From a virus: DNA of 64,000 nucleotides. Position 1 is the first letter of the stretch. Each line of letters opens with the position of its first letter. The translations under genes and the position numbers were made by a program. The notes under the pieces are model-generated. The model saw only the letters and a program-made list of their open reading frames with translations, ran no database searches and was not told where the DNA came from. This document shows positions 34,727 through 44,086 of the stretch, piece after piece. The stretch lies in the IMG/VR virus record IMGVR_UViG_3300028800_000012, positions 1 to 64,000 of that record; one strand, given 5' to 3'.

Positions 34727-35536
34727 ATGGGAAAAGACGAGAACGGGCTAGCAACATTCGGGGCAATCAGTGCCAATTCTGTGCCACCTTGGCAGCCGCC
34801 TCCGGGGCCGAATGTCCCGACGCTTGGCGCATACATCCGTGAGTTCAAAACCCTCCGCTGGTATCGCCTGCAAGGTCGGCGTGATCGGCATAAGGGATGG
34901 GTGTACTTCATCAGCGATGGCACAGCGGTCAAGGTCGGCTTTGCCCGGTCTGTGCCGCATCGCCTCAAGGCCCTACAGACCTCGCATCACGTCCCGCTCA
35001 AGGTGATCGCCCGATTCAGGGGATCGTTCGACGACGAGAATTCAGTACACCACCACTTGCGATCGGACCGCATTCGCCGCGAATGGTTCAAGCGAACGCC
35101 CGCAATGGACGCGCTTATCGCCAGCCTGCGCATCCTCGAAAGCCCGGTTGCGTATGGCGTGCTCTCAATCAGCGACGTGCTCGACAGACGGCGTATGGAG
35201 GAACTCATGGACGTATTGCGTAGCGACACGCGACGGAAAATCCAGCCGGTGATCAAAGCGAAGCCGGTGCCAAAGCCAAAGGCCATCAGCCGCAGGAAGG
35301 AATGCAAGGCGCTTGCCGACCAGATCGCCGCGCAGGCGAAGCCATATCTTGACGAGATGCCGGCGGAGCTGCGGCGCGTCGTAAGGCACGCCGAACTATC
35401 GGCGCGGTTCAGCATGGCGTCCAAAGCCTTCACATATCCCGGCTGCGTCCAGAACTACGTCAAGGCCGATCTAGCGGCCTACGCGGCACAATTCCCGGCC
35501 TGGCTGGCCGGGCGCAACGCCCTACCCGCCGCTTGA
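34727..35536 (+). CDS. T5orf172/MUG113-type GIY-YIG-like protein
   Basis: GWVYFISDGTAVKVGFARSVPHRLKALQTSHHVPLKVIARFRG...ENSVHHHL. Confidence 0.7.
   Translation: MGKDENGLATFGAISANSVPPWQPPPGPNVPTLGAYIREFKTLRWYRLQGRRDRHKGWVYFISDGTAVKVGFARSVPHRLKALQTSHHVPLKVIARFRGSFDDENSVHHHLRSDRIRREWFKRTPAMDALIASLRILESPVAYGVLSISDVLDRRRMEELMDVLRSDTRRKIQPVIKAKPVPKPKAISRRKECKALADQIAAQAKPYLDEMPAELRRVVRHAELSARFSMASKAFTYPGCVQNYVKADLAAYAAQFPAWLAGRNALPAA
34769..34786. promoter_or_regulatory. Putative integrase arm-type site 2 (AGTGCCAATTCTGTGCCA)
   Basis: Direct repeat of 34617-34634. Confidence 0.4.
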
Positions 35537-35746
35537 ATGACTGAACGGAGAGACGCGATGGTGCGGGTAATCGAGAGGACATATACGCTGACGCCCCGTG
35601 ACGTGAACGAGGCGATCGTCGCTTGGCTCAAGGCCAAGAACCTGCCGGAACCGGAGTATGTTGGAAGTGCTGGGACAACCAAGTGGACGCGTCTCGACGA
35701 CGGCAGTGTGAAGGTCGAGTGGATCGAAAAAGACGAACTTCCATAA
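35537..35746 (+). CDS. Hypothetical protein
   Basis: 69 aa ORF directly after previous gene. Confidence 0.5.
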   Translation: MTERRDAMVRVIERTYTLTPRDVNEAIVAWLKAKNLPEPEYVGSAGTTKWTRLDDGSVKVEWIEKDELP

Positions 35747-35787
35747 ACAAGAGCCAGCAGCGATAAGCTTGGAGTGACTATGGGCTC

Positions 35788-36021
35788 CTATCTTGACTCG
35801 GCCACCTTGCGGCCGGCCTCGGTTAAAGACACGCGATCCGCGTCAACATCGACCAGCGGCGGTTCGAGCATCGCGAGGTCTATCAGGCGTTGGCGCATGG
35901 GTTCGCTGACGTGCCGAAGGTCATACGAACCGAGCACAGAAAGTTGACGCAGAACGGCCCGGTGCATCCCGCGGTTTACCGACAGGCTCATTTGGTCAAT
36001 GTCACTGAGCGTTTCGGCCAT
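35788..36021 (-). CDS. Hypothetical protein
   Basis: 77 aa; LIDLAMLEPPLVDVDADRVSLTEAGRKVAE winged-helix-like tail. Confidence 0.5.
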   Translation of the reverse strand: MAETLSDIDQMSLSVNRGMHRAVLRQLSVLGSYDLRHVSEPMRQRLIDLAMLEPPLVDVDADRVSLTEAGRKVAESR

Positions 36022-36248
36022 TTCGTAAGCCGCTCATCACTTAGGTTTTGTCTTGCGGACCCATTTCGGCCCGCGATTGGATTTGGGCCGATCCTTAACG
36101 ATTTGAACAAGATCGCCGCCGCGCTGAATGCGCGCGGCGTCGTGGTGCGGTGATGAACGCCAGCGTCGCCGCAATGATTGTCGCGATCCCGATCTTGATC
36201 GTCCTCGCCATGCTCGGAAATCCATTCATTCACTAGGGAGATCATCTG

Positions 36249-36458
36249 ATGAAATTGACAGCAAAATCCGTGCCGTATTCGAGCGTCGTGGGTGGCTCTG
36301 TCGCCATTCACGACGAAAAGGGGGCGGTCGTCGCGCTGATAATGGTGTCCATTCCCGACCCGAGCCGAGACTACAAGGCGACGGCCACGCCGATCATCGA
36401 GCATATCGTGAAGGCGATGAATGCTGATCCGCTCGAACTGCCTGATCTGGAGGGCTGA
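36249..36458 (+). CDS. Hypothetical protein
   Basis: 69 aa, preceded by AGGGAG. Confidence 0.55.
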   Translation: MKLTAKSVPYSSVVGGSVAIHDEKGAVVALIMVSIPDPSRDYKATATPIIEHIVKAMNADPLELPDLEG

Positions 36459-36459
36459 C

Positions 36460-36846
36460 ATGCTCTGCAAAAAAGCCAGCAATCAATTGACACTTGGCGA
36501 ACTGATCGACGCGCTGAAGCGATGCAATCAGGACGCCTCGATCAACTTCGATTTTTGCATGTTCGTCCCGGCCGGGCTTCGCAGCTATCGCGGCTACTAT
36601 GAAGACCTCGCGCTTGGCTTCGAGACAGGAGATCGCGGATACGACATGCGCAAGGTCGGTTCGCTTGTCGGCCACCTTGAGGATTGCATGTATGCGCTCT
36701 TTGAAGGCTACAAGGGCGGGCACTACCGCGCCCGGCGCGATACCCCGATGTGGGTCGATAACAGCGGCGACGCCAGCGGGACCGCCATCGTCGGCGTGAA
36801 GGACTTCGGCCATTGGGTGGCGATCCAGACGGAGGCAATCGAATGA
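36460..36846 (+). CDS. Hypothetical phage protein
   Basis: LTLGELIDALKRCNQDASINFDF...LRSYRGYYEDLAL. Confidence 0.65.
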   Translation: MLCKKASNQLTLGELIDALKRCNQDASINFDFCMFVPAGLRSYRGYYEDLALGFETGDRGYDMRKVGSLVGHLEDCMYALFEGYKGGHYRARRDTPMWVDNSGDASGTAIVGVKDFGHWVAIQTEAIE

Positions 36847-37118
36847 TCACGAACAAATTCAAGCAAGGCGACCGTGTGAAGCTCGTCCGCCGTCATCCGT
36901 TCCAGGGAATGTGCGGGCTGAAGGACAACATGCTTGGTGCGAAGGGCGTCGTAGAAGGACCCGATCTTCGCGAGGCTGGTGCGCAAGAGGCGTGGCTGAT
37001 CGTGCGCTTCCGGCACCCGATCAGCCTTCGGCTTTTCTCGCCGACCGTTGCCGAGTGCATGCTGGATCGCGACGAAGGCGATGGACGGGTGGTTATCATC
37101 CCGGCGGGGGTGAAGTGA
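36843..37118 (+). CDS. Hypothetical protein
   Basis: ATGA overlaps both sides. Confidence 0.6.
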   Translation: MITNKFKQGDRVKLVRRHPFQGMCGLKDNMLGAKGVVEGPDLREAGAQEAWLIVRFRHPISLRLFSPTVAECMLDRDEGDGRVVIIPAGVK

Positions 37119-37465
37119 TGCTCGGCTGTCCACATTGCGGCGCGCTCGGCACTTACGATTGCGCGCCGGATTGCCCGCGACGCATCGAGCCGCCGCCCGA
37201 ATGCTTCATCGTCTGGTCGTCGGCCGAAGCCAAGGAGGCCTTCGATATGATGGTGGAGGAAATGACGCTGGCTTTCTCAATCCCGCGTCCGCTTCTGAAT
37301 GCGGGCGAGGCCGCCATCCGAGCGCGCCTTGAGCGCGCTGCTCAAGAGACTGAGAAGCTTCGCAAGATGCTGATCGACCACTACGGCGAGCACATCACCA
37401 TCATGTTGAAGGCGGAGGCCGAAGCGGCGCATGCGGCGCTCGGTCTGCCGATTGAGAAACTGTGA
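37118..37465 (+). CDS. Hypothetical zinc-binding protein
   Basis: MLGCPHCGALGTYDCAPDCPRR... Confidence 0.6.
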   Translation: MLGCPHCGALGTYDCAPDCPRRIEPPPECFIVWSSAEAKEAFDMMVEEMTLAFSIPRPLLNAGEAAIRARLERAAQETEKLRKMLIDHYGEHITIMLKAEAEAAHAALGLPIEKL

Positions 37466-37788
37466 TGTCGTGGATCGACGAGCACTGGTGTAAGGCGCGC
37501 GAGAAAATCAGGGCACGACATGCCGCCCTGGCCGCGCGCGGACTGAATGCGTTCGGCGATCTGCTCGGTACGGACTATGGATACAAGCGCGTGACGCTGA
37601 ACACCCTACAGCGCGTGCTCGCGGCCTACGGCAGCCAGCGTGACGACATTGGCGACTCGGATTTGGACAACGAGCAGCCGATCAGCCTGAACGTCTATCT
37701 GACCTTGGGCGACATTCGGAAGGCGCGGCGAGCGGTCATGCAAGCGGGCCACCGCCCTGCCGATTTCACCACACGCCCGCGCGAGTAG
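37462..37788 (+). CDS. Hypothetical protein
   Basis: 108 aa, overlap with upstream. Confidence 0.55.
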   Translation: MMSWIDEHWCKAREKIRARHAALAARGLNAFGDLLGTDYGYKRVTLNTLQRVLAAYGSQRDDIGDSDLDNEQPISLNVYLTLGDIRKARRAVMQAGHRPADFTTRPRE

Positions 37789-37800
37789 AGATACCCCGCC

Positions 37801-38022
37801 ATGTCGATCCACACTTATGTCGCCGCTCCAAGCTTGATCTACGCCCTAGTCGATGATCGGGCAGAGTTCGACAAGATCAATCGGCCGGCAACAGATGCGG
37901 GCGAGAACGCGGAAACCGGTGGTCACGTCGTCTTCAAGAGCGTTGTTCAGGAGGGTTGTCACGTCGTGTTCCAGCACTGGATCAAGCAACCGAAACGAGA
38001 GGCTGCGCCTCGCGCAGAATAG
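37801..38022 (+). CDS. Hypothetical protein
   Basis: 73 aa ORF. Confidence 0.45.
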   Translation: MSIHTYVAAPSLIYALVDDRAEFDKINRPATDAGENAETGGHVVFKSVVQEGCHVVFQHWIKQPKREAAPRAE

Positions 38023-38029
38023 GCCGCTT

Positions 38030-38527
38030 ATGCGAAAGCCCACAAAACCGCCGCCGCGCTCGTCTAGCGGGCGTGCATTCTCCTACAAGGCAATGACGCA
38101 GATCAACGTCAATGTCCCGCATGACCTGCATCCCGCGTCGAAAGAGTTGGTACAGCACTTTGCGGCGGCTATTGCCGACAAGTTGCGCCAAGCGGAGGTG
38201 AAATACGGCTACCGCGACGGTTGGAAAACTGAGCCATGGGAAATTGAGTGCCGGTCGCAACTTTACCGGCACGCCGACAAGGGCGATCCTTGCGACGTGG
38301 CTATCTACGCCGCCTTTTGTTGGGCGCGTGGTTGGACAACGCGAGCGGGTGGCATTCTCAAGCTGGTCTGGAATTTCGAGACCGAACGCTTGCGCCGCAA
38401 GATCGAAACAATCGCGACGTACCCTGACGAGGACAACGAATGGGACGGCCGCGACAGGTTTCACGAGTGCCGAGAGATCGCACGCGAGGCACTCAAGGAG
38501 GAGGTTGGCTCTACGGAGTCAAAATAG
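38030..38527 (+). CDS. Hypothetical phage protein
   Basis: MRKPTKPPPRSSSGRAFSYKAMTQINVNVPHDLHPASKELVQHFAAAIADKLRQAEVKYGYRDGW... Confidence 0.65.
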   Translation: MRKPTKPPPRSSSGRAFSYKAMTQINVNVPHDLHPASKELVQHFAAAIADKLRQAEVKYGYRDGWKTEPWEIECRSQLYRHADKGDPCDVAIYAAFCWARGWTTRAGGILKLVWNFETERLRRKIETIATYPDEDNEWDGRDRFHECREIAREALKEEVGSTESK

Positions 38528-38533
38528 GCCGCG

Positions 38534-38680
38534 ATGAAATCGCGGCATGACTTGATGGACCGGCTGAAGGAACTGGACGACAGGATCACCGCTGTCGAAC
38601 AGTGGGGCGCAGCCCTGACCGCGATGGAGGAGGAGCGCCGCAGCATCCTTCGCGCGCTCAACGAGCCAGAGGAGAATTAG
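38534..38680 (+). CDS. Hypothetical coiled-coil small protein
   Basis: MKSRHDLMDRLKELDDRITAVEQWGAALTAMEEERRSILRALNEPEEN. Confidence 0.5.
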   Translation: MKSRHDLMDRLKELDDRITAVEQWGAALTAMEEERRSILRALNEPEEN

Positions 38681-38685
38681 TCCCG

Positions 38686-38931
38686 ATGCTCGAAACTCAC
38701 GACTTACACCTCGAAATCGCGGCGGCGAAGGATCGAATGGCCGAACAGCGCGGCACAATCCGCGACCTGACAACCGCCCTCGAAAACCGGAACGGTGCTC
38801 TCGCGCAGATCGCCGATATGCCGTTCACGATGGTCAACGACGCTGACAGTCTGCGGCACATGATCAAGACCATGCAGAACATTGCAATGGTCGCACTCGA
38901 TAGCGTCTGCGGCGTTGGGGGCAGCCCTTAG
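38686..38931 (+). CDS. Hypothetical protein
   Basis: 81 aa helical ORF. Confidence 0.5.
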   Translation: MLETHDLHLEIAAAKDRMAEQRGTIRDLTTALENRNGALAQIADMPFTMVNDADSLRHMIKTMQNIAMVALDSVCGVGGSP

Positions 38932-38934
38932 GTA

Positions 38935-39294
38935 CTATCTCCTTCCCGACCCCCGCTGGTTTCTTTTCCGTTTTTTCTTCGTGGGGAGTGATTTTATAAG
39001 CCAATCTATGAATTCGGGATTGTCGCGTATAAAGCTCGCGAGCTGTATGGAGAGAAGCGTGACAAGACGCTCCTCCTCCTTTTCGTCAGTGCTATAGCCG
39101 CTGACGTATAGCAGGCCATGTAGGCATTCGTGCAGGGCGCATTCTGCTGCCTGATTTCTATTGGCCCACCTGTCTCTAAAACGAATTGCGTGATTATCGT
39201 AATCGCACTCGCCCCAGTCTTCTGAGTCGGGCGCGATTTCTTCTATTTTGAAATCATACGGGCCGATGCGGAGAGAGCGGACGGGGAGCGTCAT
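38935..39294 (-). CDS. Zincin-like (ImmA/IrrE-fold) metallopeptidase-like protein
   Basis: AAECALHECLHGLLY. Confidence 0.65.
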   Translation of the reverse strand: MTLPVRSLRIGPYDFKIEEIAPDSEDWGECDYDNHAIRFRDRWANRNQAAECALHECLHGLLYVSGYSTDEKEEERLVTLLSIQLASFIRDNPEFIDWLIKSLPTKKKRKRNQRGSGRR

Positions 39295-39309
39295 TTACAA
39301 ATCACCCAG

Positions 39310-40641
39310 TCACGCAGATCGAGCCCGGTATATAGCACCTTCTTTCGGTTCGCCGCATTTCAACTCTTGGAAGTCAACGATTCCCTTTTCATTGTGAACG
39401 ACGATCATATTCTGCTTCGACTCTTCCGGGTCGGCCTTCAAGTCTCTGGAATATTCAGATGGGCCGACGAGAGAGCCATTGCTGAATGCGCGCGGTAATT
39501 TGGATGTCGTGTGGAAGTGGCCGACGAGAACATAATCGATGATAATGCCTTGCGCGGCATAATATGATCGCGTCTTGGCAACGCCGCGGAGGATCGTCGC
39601 AATCGGGCCGACAAACCCCTGCCCGCCCCTTGAACCGATCCTGTCTCCGTGCGCTGCGCAGAAGGTCAGACCATACACCCGAAAGATGGCATCGCCGGAC
39701 TTGGGGTAGAAGAATCGAACGCCCTTTGTGCCGTCGAGCGTGACGACCATTTCGACGACCTGCGTAATCAGGGTATCGAAGGAGTTGGATGCCATCCCCT
39801 TTGACTGCGGCTTTAACGTTAGGCGGCCATGGTTGCCTGGCAAGCTATAGATATCGATCGGCGCGATTTCGCGCAGGAGTTTGACAAGCCCGGCCAGAAT
39901 CTGCGCACATTCCCGTACAGCCGGCGCAGACAGCGCATCGTTTGTCTGTGCGAGTTCCGCGTGAATCTCTCCGGTCAACATGTCGCCGCCGAATATTAAA
40001 ATAATGCGCTCCGGAGGCTTCCCCTTCCAATGGGTTGTCAGGAGTTCTTTTGCGGCATTCCCGAGCCGGCCGACACGAGATCGGAATATCCCGAGGTTGT
40101 ACGAGTTAAGCCCCTCCATCTCGTCAATGTCGACAACCTCTCCGCAATGCCAGTCAGACAGATGGACGATGACGGTGCGATTGCCGGGAGTGCTCTTAAC
40201 GGCGGGAATATCGAGATGCGGGCGCAGTGGCGGCGATATGAGTTTAAGAACGCCAGCGCGGATATCCTGCGCTTCTATGAGGGCGTCTCGTAGGCGCTTT
40301 ATTTCTGCTGCGTTGTCTCTATCGCTGCGTTTCCGCCGCTCGGCGTCGACCTGGGCGGCAATGTCGCCAATTCCTCCTACGGACGGCACCTTATAGAGCG
40401 ACCAGTCCGGTTTTAATTTGAAGCGGCGCCAGAGGCTTCCTTCTTCGGCCGGCGTTCCGACGCGGGACCGGAAAGCCATTCTGTTTGCCTTACGGTCTAA
40501 CGCTGCGGCAGATATCGCGGACCTTTCCGTCGTTCTTCCAGCCACGCCGGTCGGGTGTTTCCCAGACTTAAGGTGTTTTTCTACGGCCGAAATATCGCGT
40601 TCCGCCTCTCGTCGTTCAGCACTTCCATGCCGATTTGACAA
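39310..40641 (-). CDS. Calcineurin-like metallophosphoesterase
   Basis: VHLSDWHCGE, FGGDMLTGE, LPGNHGR, HGDR, LVGHFHT. Confidence 0.85.
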   Translation of the reverse strand: MSNRHGSAERREAERDISAVEKHLKSGKHPTGVAGRTTERSAISAAALDRKANRMAFRSRVGTPAEEGSLWRRFKLKPDWSLYKVPSVGGIGDIAAQVDAERRKRSDRDNAAEIKRLRDALIEAQDIRAGVLKLISPPLRPHLDIPAVKSTPGNRTVIVHLSDWHCGEVVDIDEMEGLNSYNLGIFRSRVGRLGNAAKELLTTHWKGKPPERIILIFGGDMLTGEIHAELAQTNDALSAPAVRECAQILAGLVKLLREIAPIDIYSLPGNHGRLTLKPQSKGMASNSFDTLITQVVEMVVTLDGTKGVRFFYPKSGDAIFRVYGLTFCAAHGDRIGSRGGQGFVGPIATILRGVAKTRSYYAAQGIIIDYVLVGHFHTTSKLPRAFSNGSLVGPSEYSRDLKADPEESKQNMIVVHNEKGIVDFQELKCGEPKEGAIYRARSA

Positions 40642-40679
40642 GCAGTTACCTATTGCGTTGTCGCGGGAATAGATCAGTT

Positions 40680-40997
40680 CTACTGACGGACGTCAGAGCT
40701 GCGCCGGACAAGGGCCTTCACGTCGCCCTTGATCTCGGAAATGTCGCTCCGGATCGTGTCAATGAAGGCTTCGACACGGCTCATGCGGTCGGTCATCGTC
40801 GGCGGGACTAATGCTACGGCCTTGTCCTGCTCTAGCCGCTCAACTCTTGTGTTGATCGCCGAGGCCCACCAAATCCCCGCCGCCGTCTGCGCCGCGACGG
40901 CCAAGATGATCGAAATGTTCACCCGCTTATCGAGGTGCCACTGTTTATCCTCACTCACCTCACGCGCCCCTTGCGGCAGAAGTGATTCGCGTAACAA
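40680..40997 (-). CDS. Putative holin-associated membrane protein
   Basis: One TM plus coiled coil (TRVERLEQDKAV...). Confidence 0.5.
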   Translation of the reverse strand: MLRESLLPQGAREVSEDKQWHLDKRVNISIILAVAAQTAAGIWWASAINTRVERLEQDKAVALVPPTMTDRMSRVEAFIDTIRSDISEIKGDVKALVRRSSDVRQ

Positions 40998-41079
40998 ACT
41001 TCATCAGCCATTTGCGGCCTCCTGTGCCGTAGACGGTCAGGGTCGGCGCGACGGCTGCAATCCGACGCGCTGGCCCGCC

Positions 41080-41372
41080 TCATTGTTTCTTGGAATAGAT
41101 TCCACGAATGCGAGAATTGCATTTGTTGCCGGCGACGATGCGGGTATTAGCCTGACCTAATGCGGCAGCATACTTGCCAGACCGCACGCCTAAATCCTCG
41201 CCGCGCACGACCGGAGGATACGGAACAGGCTCCTGGTCGCAATCAGTTGGCAGCACGACAGCCTGCGGCAGAGTCCCCAATGATGTTGCACAGCCGCCGG
41301 TCATCATCAGGAGAGGCGCGACGACAAGCGGCAACAGTCGCCGATAGGGCCTGTACCGAACTCTCATAGTCG
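41080..41372 (-). CDS. Rz1-like outer-membrane spanin lipoprotein
   Basis: Lipobox LLMMTGGCA, Pro-containing short lipoprotein, out-of-frame overlap with Rz-like gene. Confidence 0.72.
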
Positions 41373-41755
41373 GCAATCCTTTCATCAGATTCTTTCTTCT
41401 GTTTGGCGAGCGCGGTTGCTTCGTCTGCTTTTTCTTTTGCCGCCGCTTTTTGTGCATTCAGATCGCGGGTAAGATTCGCAATCTGCAGTTCATAATTCTT
41501 CTGCTTCCATGCGGCTTCACAGCGGGAAGCGCCGATGCTCTCGCGATACGTGCCATAGCCGAAAGCGACCCCTCCGATCACAAGCGCGTATCCGCCGTAG
41601 CGCAGGGGGCGAAGCAGCCACGCGACCGGGTTCGCCGGTGGCAAATCGAAGAACGCCGACAGATACACACCAGCCGCTATTGCAAGCCCGGCGAATATGT
41701 AATCCGCGCCGATGCCGAGCCATTCCGCAACGGCATACGAGAGAACCCAGGACAT
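41243..41755 (-). CDS. Rz-like inner-membrane spanin
   Basis: N-terminal TMs then coiled coil (NLTRDLNAQKAAAKEKADEATALAKQKKESDERIADYESS). Confidence 0.72.
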   Translation of the reverse strand: MSWVLSYAVAEWLGIGADYIFAGLAIAAGVYLSAFFDLPPANPVAWLLRPLRYGGYALVIGGVAFGYGTYRESIGASRCEAAWKQKNYELQIANLTRDLNAQKAAAKEKADEATALAKQKKESDERIADYESSVQALSATVAACRRASPDDDRRLCNIIGDSAAGCRAAN

Positions 41756-41764
41756 GGTGCTTGT

Positions 41765-42706
41765 CTACGATTGCCAGAGGATTTGATATTTTGCCCGAAA
41801 CAATTTCAGAACGTGGCGGACGTGGTCGCGGTTGATCTTGTAGAAACTCTGCCCGCCATAGGCTTTCTGTGGTGTTTTCGATTTGAGCGAATGCGTTTCG
41901 ACGTGGCCGAACCAGCGGGTCTGATCGCAGCCTGGCGAATTCGCGCACAGGCGCCGATCCTGTAACAGTCCGCCAAGCCCGCCGTTGTAGGAGGCGTCTG
42001 TGAACGCCCATCGGTCCTCTTGCGTCGCGGCCGGCGGCACCCTGCCCCACAAGGCTTTGACCATTTCGACGATGGCGGCGAGCTGGTAGCCGGGATCGTA
42101 CCGGTCCTCCCACCGCCATTCGGACAGGGCGGCGTATTTACGCCGGAGGTTGTTGAACTCGTTGAACCGTTCGGAGCCGTCCGGGTTATAGGCGACGGTA
42201 ATCTGCCCTAGACCGAACCCGTATTCGCGGGAGGTCTTTAATTCGGCTCTGGCATTCCAGCATTGTCGACCCTTTGGGCAAGGACCGGTTTCCTGCTCGA
42301 TCATGCCGGCGAGCGTCCACGGCTCCGGCGCATCTGCCCAGAGACTGCGCTGGCGGTCGGCGAGGATCGGGCCGTATTCTGTCGCCCGTGGCGGGAGGCG
42401 GCTTAGATCGCGTTTAGAAGGCTGTATGTTCGCTTTTTGTTCTGACCGGGGCACGGGTAGCGGGGATGCCGCCGGAGGCGGTTCCGCGGGCTTCTCTGGG
42501 GCAATTGGCGGCTGAATGGGTTCCGGCGGCGGGGTCGGGACCGGAGGCGGCTTGGTTTCCGGCGGCTCGGGCGCGACCGGTACAGGCGGGGGCTGGACGG
42601 GCGGTGCGACTGACGGTTCCGGTCGTAGGACTTGATAGGCCCACAGGGCGGCCATCAGTAATGCAACGGCGGCAATGCCGCCGACCGCCCACCAGCGGGA
42701 GTCCAT
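41765..42706 (-). CDS. Membrane-anchored lytic transglycosylase-like endolysin
   Basis: N-terminal TM, Pro-rich linker, LAGMIEQETG...YGFGLGQITVAYN...YNGG. Confidence 0.75.
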   Translation of the reverse strand: MDSRWWAVGGIAAVALLMAALWAYQVLRPEPSVAPPVQPPPVPVAPEPPETKPPPVPTPPPEPIQPPIAPEKPAEPPPAASPLPVPRSEQKANIQPSKRDLSRLPPRATEYGPILADRQRSLWADAPEPWTLAGMIEQETGPCPKGRQCWNARAELKTSREYGFGLGQITVAYNPDGSERFNEFNNLRRKYAALSEWRWEDRYDPGYQLAAIVEMVKALWGRVPPAATQEDRWAFTDASYNGGLGGLLQDRRLCANSPGCDQTRWFGHVETHSLKSKTPQKAYGGQSFYKINRDHVRHVLKLFRAKYQILWQS

Positions 42707-43029
42707 CAGGGCTTGCCAAACAGTGCAAACGACAGCGCAATCGCCGACACGACAAGCCCGATAGTCAGCACAACCAGACCGGCGCCGACGTTACCCTTTT
42801 TTGCCTCGTCGACATGCTCGGTAAGACTGATTTGCGGCAGGATGTGCCGGGAGCCGATGACGGCGAGGCCGACGAAAATCCCCGCCTGCAGCGACCAGAG
42901 GAACACTGTCTTGATCATCGGCGGGTCGATGAGAAAAACGGTGCCGGCACATAACCCGATCAGAACCCACGCGCGCGGGTCATGGAACGGGGCGATGAAT
43001 GCGCGAATGCGCGAGACGATATCTGCCAT
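42706..43029 (-). CDS. Putative holin (3 TM)
   Basis: Three hydrophobic segments, next to endolysin. Confidence 0.6.
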   Translation of the reverse strand: MADIVSRIRAFIAPFHDPRAWVLIGLCAGTVFLIDPPMIKTVFLWSLQAGIFVGLAVIGSRHILPQISLTEHVDEAKKGNVGAGLVVLTIGLVVSAIALSFALFGKP

Positions 43030-43041
43030 GAGAATCCCATT

Positions 43042-43227
43042 CTACTCTTGTGAGGGCGGATCGTTTTCGACAGGCACCGGGGCGGCCCGGTAATCCCAGC
43101 CATCGCGCGCTTTGATCTCAGCAATGTGCGCCGAGATTTCCACCTCGGTACCGTCGAAATGCATGCCGGTGGGCTCATAGTCGCCAGCACTCTCCGGCGA
43201 TCTCCGCTCGATCAGCACTTTAGCCAT
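43042..43227 (-). CDS. Hypothetical protein
   Basis: 61 aa ORF. Confidence 0.5.
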   Translation of the reverse strand: MAKVLIERRSPESAGDYEPTGMHFDGTEVEISAHIAEIKARDGWDYRAAPVPVENDPPSQE

Positions 43228-43228
43228 T

Positions 43229-44086
43229 CTACTGTTTCCAGATTTTCACGTCGGAATAGACTTCAATATTTCCGAAACTTGATGCGGCGCCGAACCCATC
43301 GGTCACCTCGCCGACAGATGCTGCGTGCTGTATTTCAAATGCCTTGCTTGACGTTATGGTAAACCTGGCCTCCCCGAAAGACCGCGTTTGAACGCCCGTT
43401 TGTGCGTATTCTGATGTCCCGAACGCTATATCGGTACCATCTGTGACATTTTTCAATTTTGTTTGATGCTTGAATACAGCATTGCCTGGCGCGCTCCACT
43501 CCACATAGTACGTGCCGGCCGGCAGAGTAATCTGGTTCGACGCAAGAGACGCGCCGGAGACGGCATTGCGGACAGCGGTATTCAGCGTGCGCGTCAGCCA
43601 CACGCCTGAATTAAACGTTCCTCCGTTGGTGCCGTTCGCTTTCTGGTCCTGAATGATGATGTCGGGCGAAGTCGCTATCGCCGCAGCCGCGCCGGCCGTA
43701 ACGGTTATCGCCCTGAAATTCGTCCCGTCGAACACAATCGGGTAAAGCGTTCCGACTGCAAATTCTCCGCCTTGCAATGCAGCCCCGGCCTTGTCCTTAA
43801 TGGAAACAGCGCCTACCGTATCGATATTGATGGTGACGGCCGAGGTGTTCGCATTCGTCGGCACGTAATAAAAGCCCATCGGTCGCGCATAAGCCGTGAT
43901 CGCAACGACGAGTGACGTGTCGCTCGTCGCCGTGATCGCATTCCCGGAGCCAGCGACGTTGATGAGATATCCGAACGACACCCTCCATAGCGCCTCAGCC
44001 TCGATGTCTACAGCATTGAGATAGGAATCTCCGTCCCTGGCGGCACCGTTGGCTACGGTGGGCGTTTTGCGCTTTGCTGCTGTCAC
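43229..44086 (-). CDS. Putative tail fibre/tip accessory protein
   Basis: Overlaps gpJ-like gene stop; Ala/Thr/Gly-rich beta-type sequence. Confidence 0.6.
   Translation of the reverse strand: MTAAKRKTPTVANGAARDGDSYLNAVDIEAEALWRVSFGYLINVAGSGNAITATSDTSLVVAITAYARPMGFYYVPTNANTSAVTINIDTVGAVSIKDKAGAALQGGEFAVGTLYPIVFDGTNFRAITVTAGAAAAIATSPDIIIQDQKANGTNGGTFNSGVWLTRTLNTAVRNAVSGASLASNQITLPAGTYYVEWSAPGNAVFKHQTKLKNVTDGTDIAFGTSEYAQTGVQTRSFGEARFTITSSKAFEIQHAASVGEVTDGFGAASSFGNIEVYSDVKIWKQ

Noticed and set aside
35890-36153. 87-aa plus ORF
   Set aside because: Opposes the more coding-like minus ORF 35788-36021 and has no supporting features.
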